A stretch of DNA of 64,000 nucleotides, taken from assembly GCA_964016885.1 (NCBI GenBank), contig OZ024743.1:1054001-1118000 (forward strand), written 5' to 3'. The position numbers were made by a program, and so were the translations under genes. This document shows, in pieces, positions 39,590 to 53,580 of this stretch; the first letter of the stretch is position 1, and every line of letters starts with the position of its first letter. The DNA comes from Eledone cirrhosa. Lineage: Eukaryota. The notes below the pieces were generated by a model. It worked only from the letters and a program-made list of their open reading frames with translations. It was not told the DNA's origin and did not search any database.

Positions 39590-39712
39590 AACATATATAT
39601 GTGCGTGTGTGTGTGTGTTTGGTAATTCCGAAGAAAAGCAAAGGAAAAAAGAGTGCTCTATGTATAGAACAGAGCTATTTAATTAGAAAGTGAACAACAC
39701 TGTGTTGTTCAC

Positions 39713-39750
<38 letters not shown>

Positions 39751-40242
39751 AAATATAGAGAAAAATACTGCAGGTAGCACATGGATAACATGTAATAAAA
39801 TGAGTCCTTCATCAGTGATTTGCCGAAGATCATAGATATTTCATTGCATTAAAAATCATATACCTCACTTCGGTGCAATAATAACCAAAATAAGTTATTA
39901 GGACAATTAAAACGCGTAAAGCGAGTGAGACAGGAGAACAACAGTGTAAGGCTAACCAGGGGAAAGAAACAAGCTTCATACCCACTCACAGTCACACGTA
40001 CACACACAAGCAAACAGGCACACAAGCATATAATATACACGCAGGTCAATAGCCACTCGAACTGTTGAAAATAAGCAAATTTCAATTAAATATTCCAAAG
40101 GAGAGGAAGAATTAAGTAATGAAAAGTATTTTTGATCTTGGTATGGCTGTCGTTGACTGTTTGTCTAATGGTCTAATAGCAACCATATGCTGAAAACTAC
40201 AACGATTTATATATATAAATATAAATTGAGTGTTAATATACG

Positions 40243-40273
<31 letters not shown>

Positions 40274-40324
40274 TTTTTTTGGGGGGAGGGGGGGGGGGGG
40301 GTTGGCGCGGTGACAGAAATAATC

Positions 40325-40607
40325 GGGCTGGATGCCCGATCGCGCAGTTAAACCACTGGGAGTGAAGAACCCCTAGCCCTTGTCAGGGCATTCTTCTAGG
40401 AGAAGGCATCTCAGGAAACTGGGTTAACTCCGACATAAAACCTGCGGCTCAGTAGTTACCGATGGTGTTGATCTGTTCTTCTTTTCGGGTTATAGCTACT
40501 GTCGCTCAGAGAGTGGGATTGGCTCAGTGGACAGTCTTTCCTCACTTTAAAAATATTCGTCACGCACAGGCATTGCACGAGTGCATTAATAATTATTAAT
40601 AGTGTAC

Positions 40608-40665
<58 letters not shown>

Positions 40666-43600
40666 TCTATTATTATTACTTTTATTTTTTTTTTTTTTCA
40701 AATTCAATGATGTTCCAGAACAATATAAAAGAGATAATTGGCAATTTAGGTTCTGGAACAAAAAAGATCATTGGCAATAAGGGCAGGGGCCCCAGGTTAT
40801 CACAGCCTGGGCCCGCTCGTCATCGTGCCATTGTAATAGAGCCAAACAAGGCATTTAGTCTTGGCTGCTGGAACGTACGGACGCTGCTTGACAGGGATTC
40901 CTTGGGGCGTCCTAAACGAAGGACCGCTCTTGTTGCAAAGGAGCTTGACATCGTCGCTTTATCTGAGACGAGGCTAGCTGGAGATGGTCATCTTACGGAA
41001 TTTTGTGGAGAATATACATTCTTCTGGAAAGGAAGAGATGAAGGAACCAGAAGAGAGGCTGGGGTAGGATTTGCTGTTAAGACTGTGCTTGTGAACAAAT
41101 TAGAAGAATTCCCAGTAGGGATTAGTGAGCGTCTTATGTCCATGAGAGTTCCGCTGGACAAGGGAAGATATGCTACCCTGGTGAGTGTGTATGCTCCAAC
41201 TATGAGTTCTGTCGATGGGGAAAAGGTGTCCTTTTACAATGCCTTGAAAGGTGTTTTAAGAAATATCCCTCAAGCAGACAAAGTCATCGTGCTTGGTGAC
41301 ATTAATGCTAGAGTGGGTAGGGATTTTAACACATAGAATGTAATAGGAAGGCATGGGGTGGGAAAGTGTAACAGCAATGGTATGCTCCTGCTGCAGATGT
41401 GTGAGGAGCTGGATCTGTGTGTTACCAACACCATGTTCCAACAAAAGAACAAATTCAAGACCACATGGATGCATCCTGCATCTAAGGAATGGCATCTTTT
41501 GGACTACGACCTAGTCAGGATGCGTGACAGACAGGATGTGCAGTGTGTTCGTGTTCTTCGTGGAGCTGATAAGAGTCGTGCTCTGTCACGCTACTTGACG
41601 GCAAAACCACAGGAGAGGAATACGTTGCATGAGGAACTCAGAGATGTAAAATCACGTGTTAGGCGGAGTCTTTCTCAGATGAAGGATCAGTGGTGGAGTG
41701 AGAAGGCTGGTGAGATATAAACTGCGTCTGATTCCAATAACACAAAGCTGTTGTACAGTCTCTTGCGTGAGGTTGATGGACCGTCTTCTTCTCTGGTGAC
41801 ACCGCTTCGCAGCAAGGATGGCAAAGAACTTCTTCGTGACTCACAAGGAATTCTACGAAGGTGGCGAGAGCACTTTGATGATCTTTTGAATCAGCCGTCT
41901 GTCGTCAGTGAAGATTTCCTCAATCTCATTCCAGAAAGTCCTGTGAAAGTAGCTCTCGCAGAACCTCCGACGCTTGTGGAGGTTGCAGTGGCTATTTCGA
42001 AGCTGAACAGTGGAAGATCTCCAGGTATGGATGGCATACATGCTGAGCTCCTACAATATGGTGGTGAGAGACTCCTGCAACATCTTCACTCTTTGTTTGG
42101 CAGGATATGGGCTAATGAATCCGTACCTGAGGACTGGAGAGATGCAGTAATGGTGGCCTTGTACAATGGAAAGGGTATCAGGAACGATTGTGGGAACTAC
42201 AGAGGTATATCATTGCTTTCTGTCGTAGGGAAAGTTTTATGTAGGGTGCTTCTGGACCGTCTGCTGACACACATTGCAGATTGTATTCTTCCTGAAAGTC
42301 AATCTGGTTTTCGTGCTGGACGCGGCACTACTGATATGATCTTCTCAGCTAGACAGCTCCAAGAGAAGTGCATGGAACAAGGCTTGGATCTGTATCAGAT
42401 TTTTGTCGATCTGACAAAAGCTTTCGATACTGTTAACAGAGATGCATTATGGAAGGTTCTCCAGAAACTTGGTTGCCCTGATAAGTTCCTTGCTTTAGTT
42501 AGGTCTTTCCATGACGACATGAAGGCTTGGGTTAATGTCGGGGGTAACATGTCGGAGCCTATCTCAGTAAAAAATGGAGTGAAACAGGGGGATATTCCAG
42601 CACCGACCCTGTTTGCCATATACTTTGCAATGGTTTTCTGTATTGCATTCAGGAATTGCGAGCATGGTGTTTACATCCGATATCGAACCTCAGGCAGCAT
42701 ATTTAACATCAGACGCTTTGCTGCGAAGACAAAAGTGTTTACATCAATCATAAGAGACCTCTTGTATGCAGATGATTGCGATCTTGTAGCGCACACAGAG
42801 AGTGATATGCAGCACATTTTGAATGCATTTTCTGACGCTTGCACTGCCCTAGGTCTGACTGTCAGTCTCAAGAAAACCGTCGTCATGTACCAACCTGCCC
42901 CTGGTAAGCAGTACACTGAACCAAACATCTATGTGTATGGCAAACGACTTGGAGTGGTTGATCAGTTTGTCTACCTGGGAAGCACTGTCAATCGATACAG
43001 CAACCTTGACAGTGAAATCTCACTTAGGATTAGGAAAGCAAGTGATGCTTTCGGAAAGCTAGAAAGGCGACTCTGGGGTCGGCGAGACATATGCAGGAGG
43101 ACAAAGGTAAAGGTGTACAGGGCATGTGTGCTCTCTTGTCTTCTTTATGCCTGCGAGACCTGGGTCACGTATCGACACCACCTTAAGCAATTGGAGCGTT
43201 TCCATCAGATGTGTCTCAGACGGATCCATGGCGTTCACTGGAGGGACCACATCAGTGATGTCGAGATTTTGGAAAGCTCTATGTGTGACAGTATAGAAGC
43301 TCTTGTGCTTAAGCAACGACTCCGTTGGAGTGGTCACCTTGCCAGGATGAAGGATTCTAGAATACCAAAACAACTCTTTTATTGAGAGTTGGTTAAAGGA
43401 AAACGACCGCCACATAAACCAAAAAAGAGGTATAAGGATTCCTTGAAAGCCTCTCTGAAAGACGCTAACATCTCTGCTGATACATGGGAAAATATTGCTG
43501 CTGATCGTAATAAATGGAAAAAGACTGTATATGAGGGAAAAGTTGCCTTTGAGGCATCTCGAATCGCATACGAGAAAGTAAAGCGGGATGTGAGGAAGGG

Positions 43601-44121
43601 CATTGCTGTTGCACTTCCAGACGGTGAGGGTCCTCCTATGGTGCTGACATGCAGCGTATGTGCGAGACTCTGCCTAAGCAAAGCTGGACTCGAAAGTCAT
43701 CTTCGCAGTCATAAAGTAAGACCTGTGGTTGACTACCAGGCTGCTGTTGAAGATGCTACTCATCATGCTTGCCAAACATGTGGTAGAGAATGTAAATCAG
43801 CAGGAGGGCTCAAGCGACATGCAAAAGTACACGAACTCCAACCACAGCCGACTATTCCCAGTGAATGTTTTGGTTGCCGACTCTGTGCAAGACATTTTAG
43901 ATCATTGGCTGGGCTAAAAAGCCACATTCGATCGCAGCGCTGTTAGTTGCTATCGTGTGTGTGTGTAGATATGCTTATGTGTGTGCGTGTGTGTGTATAT
44001 ATATATGTATATGTATATTATTATTGTTGTTATTATTATTATTATTATTATTATTGTTATTAATGTATGTGTGTGTGTATATGTGTGTGTGAGTGTGTGT
44101 GTATGCGTGCGTGTATGTGTA

Positions 44122-44156
<35 letters not shown>

Positions 44157-44340
44157 TTCTTTTTTTTTTTTTTATTATTATTATTTTTTTTTTTCTTCTC
44201 GTGCAATGGCCATACTCGATAATGAGGGGGCAGCCATCATGTATGTATGTATGTATGTATGTATGTATGTATGTATGTATGTATGTATGTATGTATGTAT
44301 GTATGTATGTATGTATGTACGTATGTATGTATGTATGTAT
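40325..44340 (+). mobile_element. RTE-clade LINE, near full length with an internal deletion near 41570, (TATG)n tail
   Basis: 5' UTR ctaggagaagg motif; APE (GCWNVRTL, DIVALSETR, SVYAPT, LGDINARVG); RT (YRGISLL, VDLTKAFD, GVKQG, LYADD); C2H2 fingers. Confidence 0.93.
40707..43946 (+). pseudogene. RTE single ORF (APE-RT-3xC2H2) with stops and a deletion
   Basis: ORFs 40602-41336, 41358-41720, 41751-43385 and 43389-43946 separated by point stops or frameshifts. Confidence 0.9.
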
Positions 44341-44349
44341 CTATCTATC

Positions 44350-47300
44350 CTATCTCGGATTCTGTCTAACACGTGGAAAACGCGCTGGTGAGTAAACGTT
44401 TTAATTTCATTGGAAATTGCATGAACTGAATCTACATTTTTACATCATTTTGTAGATAAGCTGCCACCCTACACTTTGTAGGTGGTAGCAACCCCAAATA
44501 ATAAGCCCATCAGGGCGAAAAGCGGAAAAAGCCACAAAATTTCTATCGGAATTTTGAATATAGCCAAAATGGCCAAATTCTTTGACCTCATCTTCACAAA
44601 AAACACACAAGAGAATTGTGGAGATGGGCTGTTAATCTCACCTTCCGCAGTACTAGTATCAGGGGAAGGCTGCCTGCCTGCTGTTATCACCACCAACAAC
44701 AACAGTAACAACAACAGCAACAAAAACAACAACATCAAAACTGTCAGCCAACAATTAGACAGAGGCGGTGGAGGGAGGGTAAAAGTGTCAAGCCAACAAG
44801 CAGCTCGCACCGCCTCATTGAAACACTTCGATATGTTTAAAATACATTCTGACACCAACACCAGCACCACCCACACGAAAACTGTGAATGGCACAAATCA
44901 AAACAACGCTTTCAACAACAACAGTGACAACGAGAACAAGAAGAACAACAACGACAACAAAACCAAAATCAACAACAACAACAACACCAACAACGGAAAA
45001 AACGAAAACAACATCAACAATAATAACAATAATAACAACAAGAAGACCAATAACTGCAATAAGGAAGTAAACGACAAAATATCATTTGCGCAAACCGTAA
45101 AGAAAACGATAAGCTACACTCCGGTAGATATTTCAAATGCAAATGAGTTTTTGAATAACGCCAGACAATATGTAACTTTTGCGGAGAACGGATCATACTC
45201 CATAAACTCACCCCCAGATTTGCGAAGAGAAGTTGCCTTGAAAACTGTGATTTTCAGGACAATCTCAAATAAAACACGAAAACCGACTCAACTTTCACAA
45301 GGCGAAATTGAGTTGGCTTTAAAAAATGCCTTAAAAGACATTGCTTTTATTCAGAAGGGTAGACTCTACGGGAGTTTATCCATTCTAATGAAAGACCAAT
45401 TGACGACACAAAAATATTCTGTGTCGACAATTGTGGCACCGCTGTTCACCTTTTTCCCCACTTGCATGGGGAAAAGAACACAGAAAATAAAAATCCAAAG
45501 TATCACACCAAATATTGATATTTGGTGGGTACTATGTGGATTTTTAAACCACGAAACAGACTATATAATATCGGTAGGTAAGTCCTCCGGCAACCTTTTC
45601 AGCGGAACTAGCCTGGAAGTTCTGGTCCAAATGACACCAGAACGAATAGCTAGGATCCCGGAACGTGTGTTGCTGGATGTGCTTATATACATAAACATTT
45701 CGGTCGAGGGTAGGCGGCCCTCATGTTACCACTGCTCAAGCAGGGGTCACTTGAGAGCTTCCTGTCCTCGGATAACTAGCCAAAAAAGGCACTACTGCCA
45801 ACACCTTCAACACCAGCACAACAATCACCACCACCACCACAACAACAACAACATAAAAAAATAGTGACAACAAGACAAACGACAAACACAGTCCCACCCA
45901 ACCCTGCCCACCTAAAACAACTCCAGAAACACCCACACACATAACAGCTCCCCAAAATGTACCCCTCCTCAACAACACGTATGGGGCCTCATCATCGTCA
46001 CCCAGTGACGATGAGGGAGAGCCTTTCCGACCAGTAAAAAGAAAAAAGAAAAGACATAACACAAACAAAAATGCAACAAACACACAAACACCAACACAAG
46101 CGACGCAAACAGCCAAACAGCACAAACAAAAACACGCCCCTCCTGAAAACAAAACACTTACTACAAAACGTAAACACACACAAGAACCACAGACAAAAAG
46201 CAACTCAACACAACAAAAATGTTACACCTACATAAATACTAACAATAAAACTTTAACAGGCACCATATATAAAAACCCTTCGGTGGAGACCGAAGGGAAA
46301 ACTTTTACACACTCTTCGGAGAATCCTAATCTTAAAATGATTATGACCTCCATGGACACACATAAACAGTTAAAAGAAAAATTTCCTAACGACGTAGGTA
46401 ACCCCTGCGTCAAACGCTACAATCGAGTCCTGTTAAAATGTTTCCCCACCCACACCCCATCCCACCAGACACCCCCTCCCCACCAAACATATATATCCCC
46501 ACCCTTCCAGAGAGCACCACCCCAGCAAACAACCCCTCCAATACCCCCATGGAAATTGTGCAGCCTGGTCCCCAGGAGACGAAGAGGTGAGTGATTTCTT
46601 TTCCTCTTCTTTTACCTTTTCAGCACCAACATGGCCAATATAAGAGTTGGATGTGTGAATGTACGCTGCCTGGGGATGCCCTGGAAACAGGGCAAACTCT
46701 TAAACGACCTCAGGTCACACAGTATGGATGTAGTAGCCATTTGCGAGTCCAGGATCCACAGCGAGCGACAACTGGCCCCCATCTTGGACGACTTTGAGAT
46801 CTACGCATCTCTCTGTCAGCCGGGAGATGGGGGTGGGGTTGCCGTTTTGCTGCGGAAACACGTGGACCTCGTAACACAGACGGTACATCTAGACCCGGAG
46901 GGTCGACTGGTGGTCCTAGACGTTGACGGTAGTGCAGGTGGATCCTTCAGGCTGGTGGGCGCATATGCCCCATCCGGGACACCGCGGCCAGACTTCTTCA
47001 AACGTCTAGAGACTTTTCTGGGAACGTCCCGCTCCCTGCTGTTAGTGGGGGACTGGAATGGAATCCTAGATGCACGTTAAGATTATGTGGGAGCATGTCC
47101 CGATAGAGGGGGGTGTAACAGCCTCAAACAGTTAATCGGCCGTTTTGACCTGGCCGATAGATATCGACTAGATTTTCTGACTGTGCCACTGTGGACGTGG
47201 ACTAAACGCAGCGGAACATCTAGATCGTAACTAGATAGGGTTCTAGTTAGAAAGAAGGATAGGGAATGTTAAGCTGTCCACAAATGTTTATGGTTGCCTA

Positions 47301-47945
47301 TTCAGATCACAAATTAGTGACCTGCTTGGTCAACCTTGACAAAACCTGTAGACAGGGACCCGGCTACTGGAAGCTGAACTTGTCGTTACCGACATGCAAA
47401 TCCTACCGTAGACGGATTAGCACTTTAGTTAAGCAACACTTGACGGGGGCCATTGTCAACAGCAGATGGTGGTACTCTCTCAAGAGGGCAGTTAGATTAG
47501 ACTCGATAGGTTTTAGTATAGTATTAGTGTTAGATAGAAATAAGACCGAAAAGGAACTGGTAGATAAAGTAGAAGAGGCACTTAGGCTGCGTTGTCAGAA
47601 GCAAAATACGTGCTCTGGGAAACGATGGAGAGAGAGGTGCTATACCCCAGCAAATTTTATAAAAGGTGGGTGAATGTGGCAAAGATGGCCCGAGTGGTTG
47701 GGCCTTCTCTCTATATAAGCTTGTAGGTTGAGGAAAAAGAGGAAGAGAGGAAGGGATTACTCACTCTTGGAGCTCCTGGAGATGAGAGTTGTACATTTTT
47801 TCGGGGTGTGTACAACCCCTGTGTAACACCTCCCCCCTATTGGGGATTTCAATTATTTGTTATTGTATTAATAGTTTTATTTTCATATATCTGTATTTAT
47901 CCCCTTCTTTTGTGCCCTTGTGGCTAATAAAGAAATTTATCTATT
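44350..47945 (+). mobile_element. Tx1-like LINE, 5' complete, RT deleted
   Basis: ORF1 44482-46590 with CYHCSSRGHLRASC; APE 46631-47590 homologous to 1286-2220; jumps to the ORF2 C-terminus at ~47630; ends gctaataaagaaa. Confidence 0.9.
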
Positions 47946-48458
47946 ATGTTTACATGCATATTGTATTATGTGTGATATAAACAGATATATGAGTAAATAA
48001 CTAGATGTACATATAGATACTTCCTATGCATGTGTGTAAATATAAATAGATGTGCAGCATTATATCTCCATACATGTATTTATGCGTCATTACGAGCTTA
48101 TATAATATATTATATGTGCTTTACAATGAAAAGAGAAAAAAACTCGATTCCTTCAACTAAACAAAATTATTGAAATATATTCTGTACACCACGTCACTTT
48201 CAACATTGAATGTTAGGACAAAGCAATCTAGTTAAAAATGTAGGTTGCACAAATATTTATACATGAAAATATTGCAAGTTTGTAAATTCTCGGCAAGCGT
48301 TTAGCTAATTAGCTCTTACTCAACATTTTAATAATATATCATATTATGTAAGTCTGTTTTCGTACTTGTATGTTTGGGTTATTAGATATTTACTTCAATT
48401 TAGCCGAAAGGTAATTAGTTCCTTATCTGCTAGAAAACTTGTGTTAATGAAATCCTAC

Positions 48459-48727
48459 TCATATTCTTGCAATTTACAATTCTTGTTTTTTGGTAAAGTT
48501 GTCTTTTTTTCCTGCTGCTGTTATTAGTGGCGTTGACTTCGGTATTGCTGCTATTAGCAGGTTGTAGGTACTCGTAAATGTACACTGGTTTTTGATATTT
48601 GTGTTTTACGAAAATATTGTGTTGTTGCTTAATAGTAATTCGGCCCTCCTCCAGGGTAAAAAGCATTCCAGCCATGCCGACATATGTGTGTAGATAAAAC
48701 TTGTTTGTGTAGGTAAGCGCAAATATA
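48459..48727 (-). CDS. Candidate exon with N-glycosylation sequons and a furin-type site
   Basis: Acceptor caaacag; IFALTYTNKFYL..PANSSNTEVNATNNSSRKKRQLY..; donor A/GTAGGA (phase 1) compatible with the exon at 38204. Confidence 0.45.
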
Positions 48728-51596
48728 CTGTTTGATTATATAATGTAGAGAGTGTTATTTTCATAGATTAACGTTTTACTTGCTGATTAAATTGGAATTT
48801 GGGCTTTACTTCAATTTCTGTCTACCATATTTTACTCACAAGGCATTGGTCAATCTGTGTCTATAGTAGAAGACATTTGCCAAAGATGCAAGAGAACCTA
48901 TCTCCCAACCTATCTCCTTTTTTTCGATATCGGTAAAATTTTGAAACATCGGTGAGTAAGTAGATAAAAAAAAATACTCGTAATTTTATGACACTTGACA
49001 AGTGAAACAATGATTAGCTCGTTAGAAAAAGATCACGAATGAGACTATTGATCTAAAACACATATAAAACATGTTTAAAGTATGCCTATTTTTGTATAGA
49101 TGGGGTGGAAATAGATCACTGTGGATTACATTATTGTAATGTATTCATTCTTAAATTCGAATGAGATTATCTGTTACTTCTAGCTCGTTTACAACCACGT
49201 AGTTGTTCCCTCATTGACTGTTATCCAATTCAATGTGCTTCTGATAAGCGCTGAAATCTTAATAAGAAACGCATTTTCATTTTATCACGCAACAAACCTT
49301 TTACGATAAATAGATTCTTCTTTAGCCTAACATTGATTCTTATCAACTCAATATAACATGGAGAAGATCACGAGCTGTGTTCAGTCAAACAACATTCTTA
49401 TGTATTATTGTTGTTCAAAATTACGCATCTATATACACATTTCTGAAATTATTATTTTTTTTTTCTTCGTGCAAGGCACATAAAGTTACATTTATCAGTT
49501 TACAAGTGTGTAAATGTGGAATATCCTTAACCAGAGATCCTTTAGATCCCTCCCTGCCCTCTTTTAAGACTGAACTAGTCATTGAATACTATAATCTTGG
49601 ATATACAGAATTATGGAATGACAATTCCTTGACTACCAATCAGCTGATCAACTCTGACTTAGGATTAGACAACACCGACAACGCTGATCACCACTCCCAC
49701 AACACAGTTTTCTGAGGAACCAACCCAGTTCAAATTCAGTTACTTCTCTATGTTTTGTACATGGGATTATAAACGGCCATATTAACTTAGGTCTTAATAA
49801 TATTGCGAATTATTGCGAATTGTTGCGTGTTGGCAGTTTCTAAACTACTATAAACTTTCACATTGCCTTTCTCAAATTGCAGTAATGCGTTACACATATC
49901 TTTGCTATTAGAGAAGGCAATCAGTTACTCGTTCTTTGTAGTCTTCGTTAAAATATATCAAGATAAAAATAGTTATTGCTTTCACCTACGATTCAATGTA
50001 AGGAGGGTCAACATGAAGAATCAAAATCGAAAGAATAATAACCAATCAGGTGGATTTCTTTGAGTGTTGAATTGGATGTGTTTTTTTTACGGTTAATCGA
50101 GATGCTTCTACTTCGGAGTTCAAATATTTTTTACACTGAATAAAGAAAACAAAATTTGATAAAAGAAAACAAAATAAACTTTATTTAACCGATTCAATTC
50201 TCCAATCTTAGAAAATCATTGTTCGAACTGATGGTAGGCAATATATGCTCATTCAAGCTGAGCACCTAGCCTCTCTCAATTCGAACAGCGACCTGTGTGG
50301 TGTCGAGCCACGTCCTACACGAGATGCCTTTGATATGGCTATCATAGGATAGTCTAGCAGAGCAGGTCAGATCTAAAGAAGCAAACCTCGATAAACCCTG
50401 CTTGTCTCATAGAAAACTGTAGCTCATGTGACGATTATAAATTTAATTAGATGACCTCAGCGTCGTGAACATCAGTGGCTTTGCAGATGATCGACAATAG
50501 GTTGTCAAAGCTGCTCCAGTTAGCAGAGAAATCTATGAGTATGCAGGTATGGTGAGCCGCATGTTTTCTAGCTATTAGGAAAAGCAAAATGAATGCTTCA
50601 CCCTCGAAAAACTCTAAACGTATACGTGTAATATTCTCTAGTTATTTATAACTTTAACTGAAAACTACGAGTAGGATCTACCTTGCTTCAAAAATTATTT
50701 TGTCAAAGGTGTGGCAGTTATCAAAACTAAGAATGTGTAAACTCAGAAAGTGAAAAAATAAATTGTCCTGCTATTGTGTTTGTAAATGCACACAAAACAA
50801 ACACAAACAGACAGAGATATAGAGAGAGTTAGATACATCGATCGATAGATAGATGGATAGATATGCGATTGTGAAAGCTAATAGCAAATCTATGTAATTT
50901 GCATAGAATTAATGTGGGCTGACAAACTGGTTTCTCTAACCGGTTTCCAAAATGTTAATTTCTCTGAAAATAGATAAGTGTATACATACATACATACATA
51001 CATACATACATACATACATACATACATACATACATACATACATACATACATACATGCATACATACCTATCTAAAACAACACAAAAAACATGTGATACATA
51101 CATACATACATACATACATACATACATACATACATACATACATACATACATACATACATACATACTAACATACATACCTAAAACAACATTAAGAACATTT
51201 CCTGCTAAAATGAAATAGGCAGTTATAACGTTTTATTTCGTTTTTATTTACAAAGTAGGCCAATTGTAGAATAGCAAATAAATTCAGTATTAGTTGAGAA
51301 GGCGAGACTTGACCTATCTTTCTATATTGAGTAAAAATTGTCCGCCTACTAATCTCGTAGATATAATAAGGGAAAGACAGAAATACTTGAATTTCAGGTC
51401 AATGTATGTCCATAGAAAAAGAACCAGAAATTCCATGGTTCTAACAAACAATCTTTTTCAAGAAGTCACTTTATCTATTGCTTTCAATCAAAAGTGTTTC
51501 GGCAAATATTGTTTAAAAGACTGAATATCAAAAGGATAGAAATAGTGTTTAATCTATTTTTCTCATTAAGTGTTCACACATATACACACATGCACG

Positions 51597-51664
<68 letters not shown>

Positions 51665-52129
51665 AACACACACACACACACATATACATAGTCTTTGTAT
51701 ACCTAGACATTCACACACAATCGACTTAATCGCTTGGGAGTAAGATATTCGTTTCTGCTCTCGGCAAACTATGTATAAATCCTGGCGCGTTTCATCATAA
51801 CAGGATTTGTAATGAACGTACCAGCCCAGTGCTATATCAGTCCTCTCTCCTTTCATCTATCATGTCTCTGCTGTTACACTAGATTAAGAAAATGTTCGAA
51901 AAGCTATATATGTGCGGGTGTCAATGAGTGAGTAACAAACGAGTGAGTAACAAACCAAAAACTGTTAGTTAAATTATAGCACATAGTGCTCGATTACGAA
52001 TGGCAGGAGCAGTATTCCGTTTAATTATTAATATACATGACAAACCATGTTCAGGCCTTTAATAAGATTCAAATGACTAATCGGAATTTTAAAGGCTGGC
52101 AAGAGATCTTCTTCTTGAGTCATCCCTCC

Positions 52130-52625
52130 ATCGTCAATGAACCATTCACAAAGTTATTGACCCAGCGTTCCTGATCTCACATCGCCGAAAGAAGATCCCC
52201 TCCAATAAGGCCAGTGTCCTTCACCAACAGAGTCCTAATGCATCACGGTTTCGAGAATTGCCATGACCTGATCTTTTACTGCTACGAGGAGAGCAAGAAC
52301 ATAACGTTTTAGCCCTGATAAGTATTTACATTCCTTTCTATATATGCTGTAGCGAAAGAAACAAATACTTTATCAGCTACGGCAAGCCATGCTCACGACA
52401 CAGGAGAAACTTGTTTAGATCAACTGATGTCAGTGCCTGGGGCTAGACCAATCCCACACTCTGGACAACTTTGACATATATTCCAAAAGAAGAACAGGTT
52501 AACATCATTGGCTGCCTTCGAGTTTCAGGTATGGCATCAGAGTTTTCCTTCGAGAATGATGTCCTAACAAAGACCAAAGTTCTCTTGAACCCGGTGGGCT
52601 AACCGCACGCTCAGGCATCAAACCG
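52130..52625 (-). mobile_element. Old RTE-related fragments (RT C-terminal tail plus 5' UTR-like piece)
   Basis: KDTGLIGGDLLSAM*DQERWVNNFV on minus; 52430-52625 resembles 8520-8720 and 40330-40530. Confidence 0.45.
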
Positions 52626-52730
52626 GATATTTGCATTCCTTATCCATATGTACATATATACATACATATATACATACATACATATATACATACATGCATA
52701 CATACATACATACATACATACATACATACA

Positions 52731-52761
<31 letters not shown>

Positions 52762-53475
52762 TGGTCAACGCGTTCAACACATGTATGAACTTATAATTAG
52801 ATGTTTATCTGCCTGTCACTATTCATCTTCTTTAAGGTGAACTCCTCTGTTTAGTTCGTATTTTCAAATCCCGCCGAGGTTAACTTTGCCTTTCATCCTT
52901 ACGGGGTCGATAAAATAAAGTACCAGTAATACACTGGGTTATTGCTGGCCTTGTGCCAAAAGTAGAAACAATTATTATTTCGTGATAACTGCAGCATTAC
53001 TCAATATTTCACAGCATATATGATTAAGTCTCCCGTAGTTTCGGTCAAACAAACTATCAGTATATCCTCTTGCCTCTTTTCTTAAAAATCCTGTTCATAT
53101 TAAAAAATTAAAGAAAAGGGTAAATCTTCTATTGACCCCTACCTGTTTCATATAATGTACTTCTTGATCATGTCATGTTGTTGGCTTCATCATCATCACT
53201 ATCCTCATTACTGTCATCCTATTATCATCACGGCCGTCGCCTTCATGCGTGTATATCATCAATATCATTAAATGTTCATTATCGTCTTTGTCAACATTAA
53301 CATCATCCTCATTAACATAGTCGTCGACATCGTTGTCATCGTTGTCATCGTCATCATCGTCATCATGATTATAAGTTGGGGTAGCAACAGCAGCAACACA
53401 ACTGTCGGTGTCATCAGTATATATCTTCGCCATCAATATAAACGTTGACTTAGTACTTAACATTTGCTGGCATTA

Positions 53476-53580
53476 GAAGAAGAAGAAGAAGAAGAAGAAG
53501 AAGAAGAAGAAGAAGAAGAAGAAGAAGAAGAAGAAGAAGAAGAAGAAGAAGAAGAAGAAGAAGAAGAAGAAGAAGAAGAA
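53476..53580 (+). repeat. (GAA)n microsatellite, ~35 units
   Basis: Directly visible. Confidence 0.97.

Noticed and set aside
51312-51436. Minus-strand ACCATGG start, MEFLVLFLWTYIDLKF, as first exon of the candidate gene
   Set aside because: Phase fits exon 48727 only through a weak GTATTT donor; insufficient support
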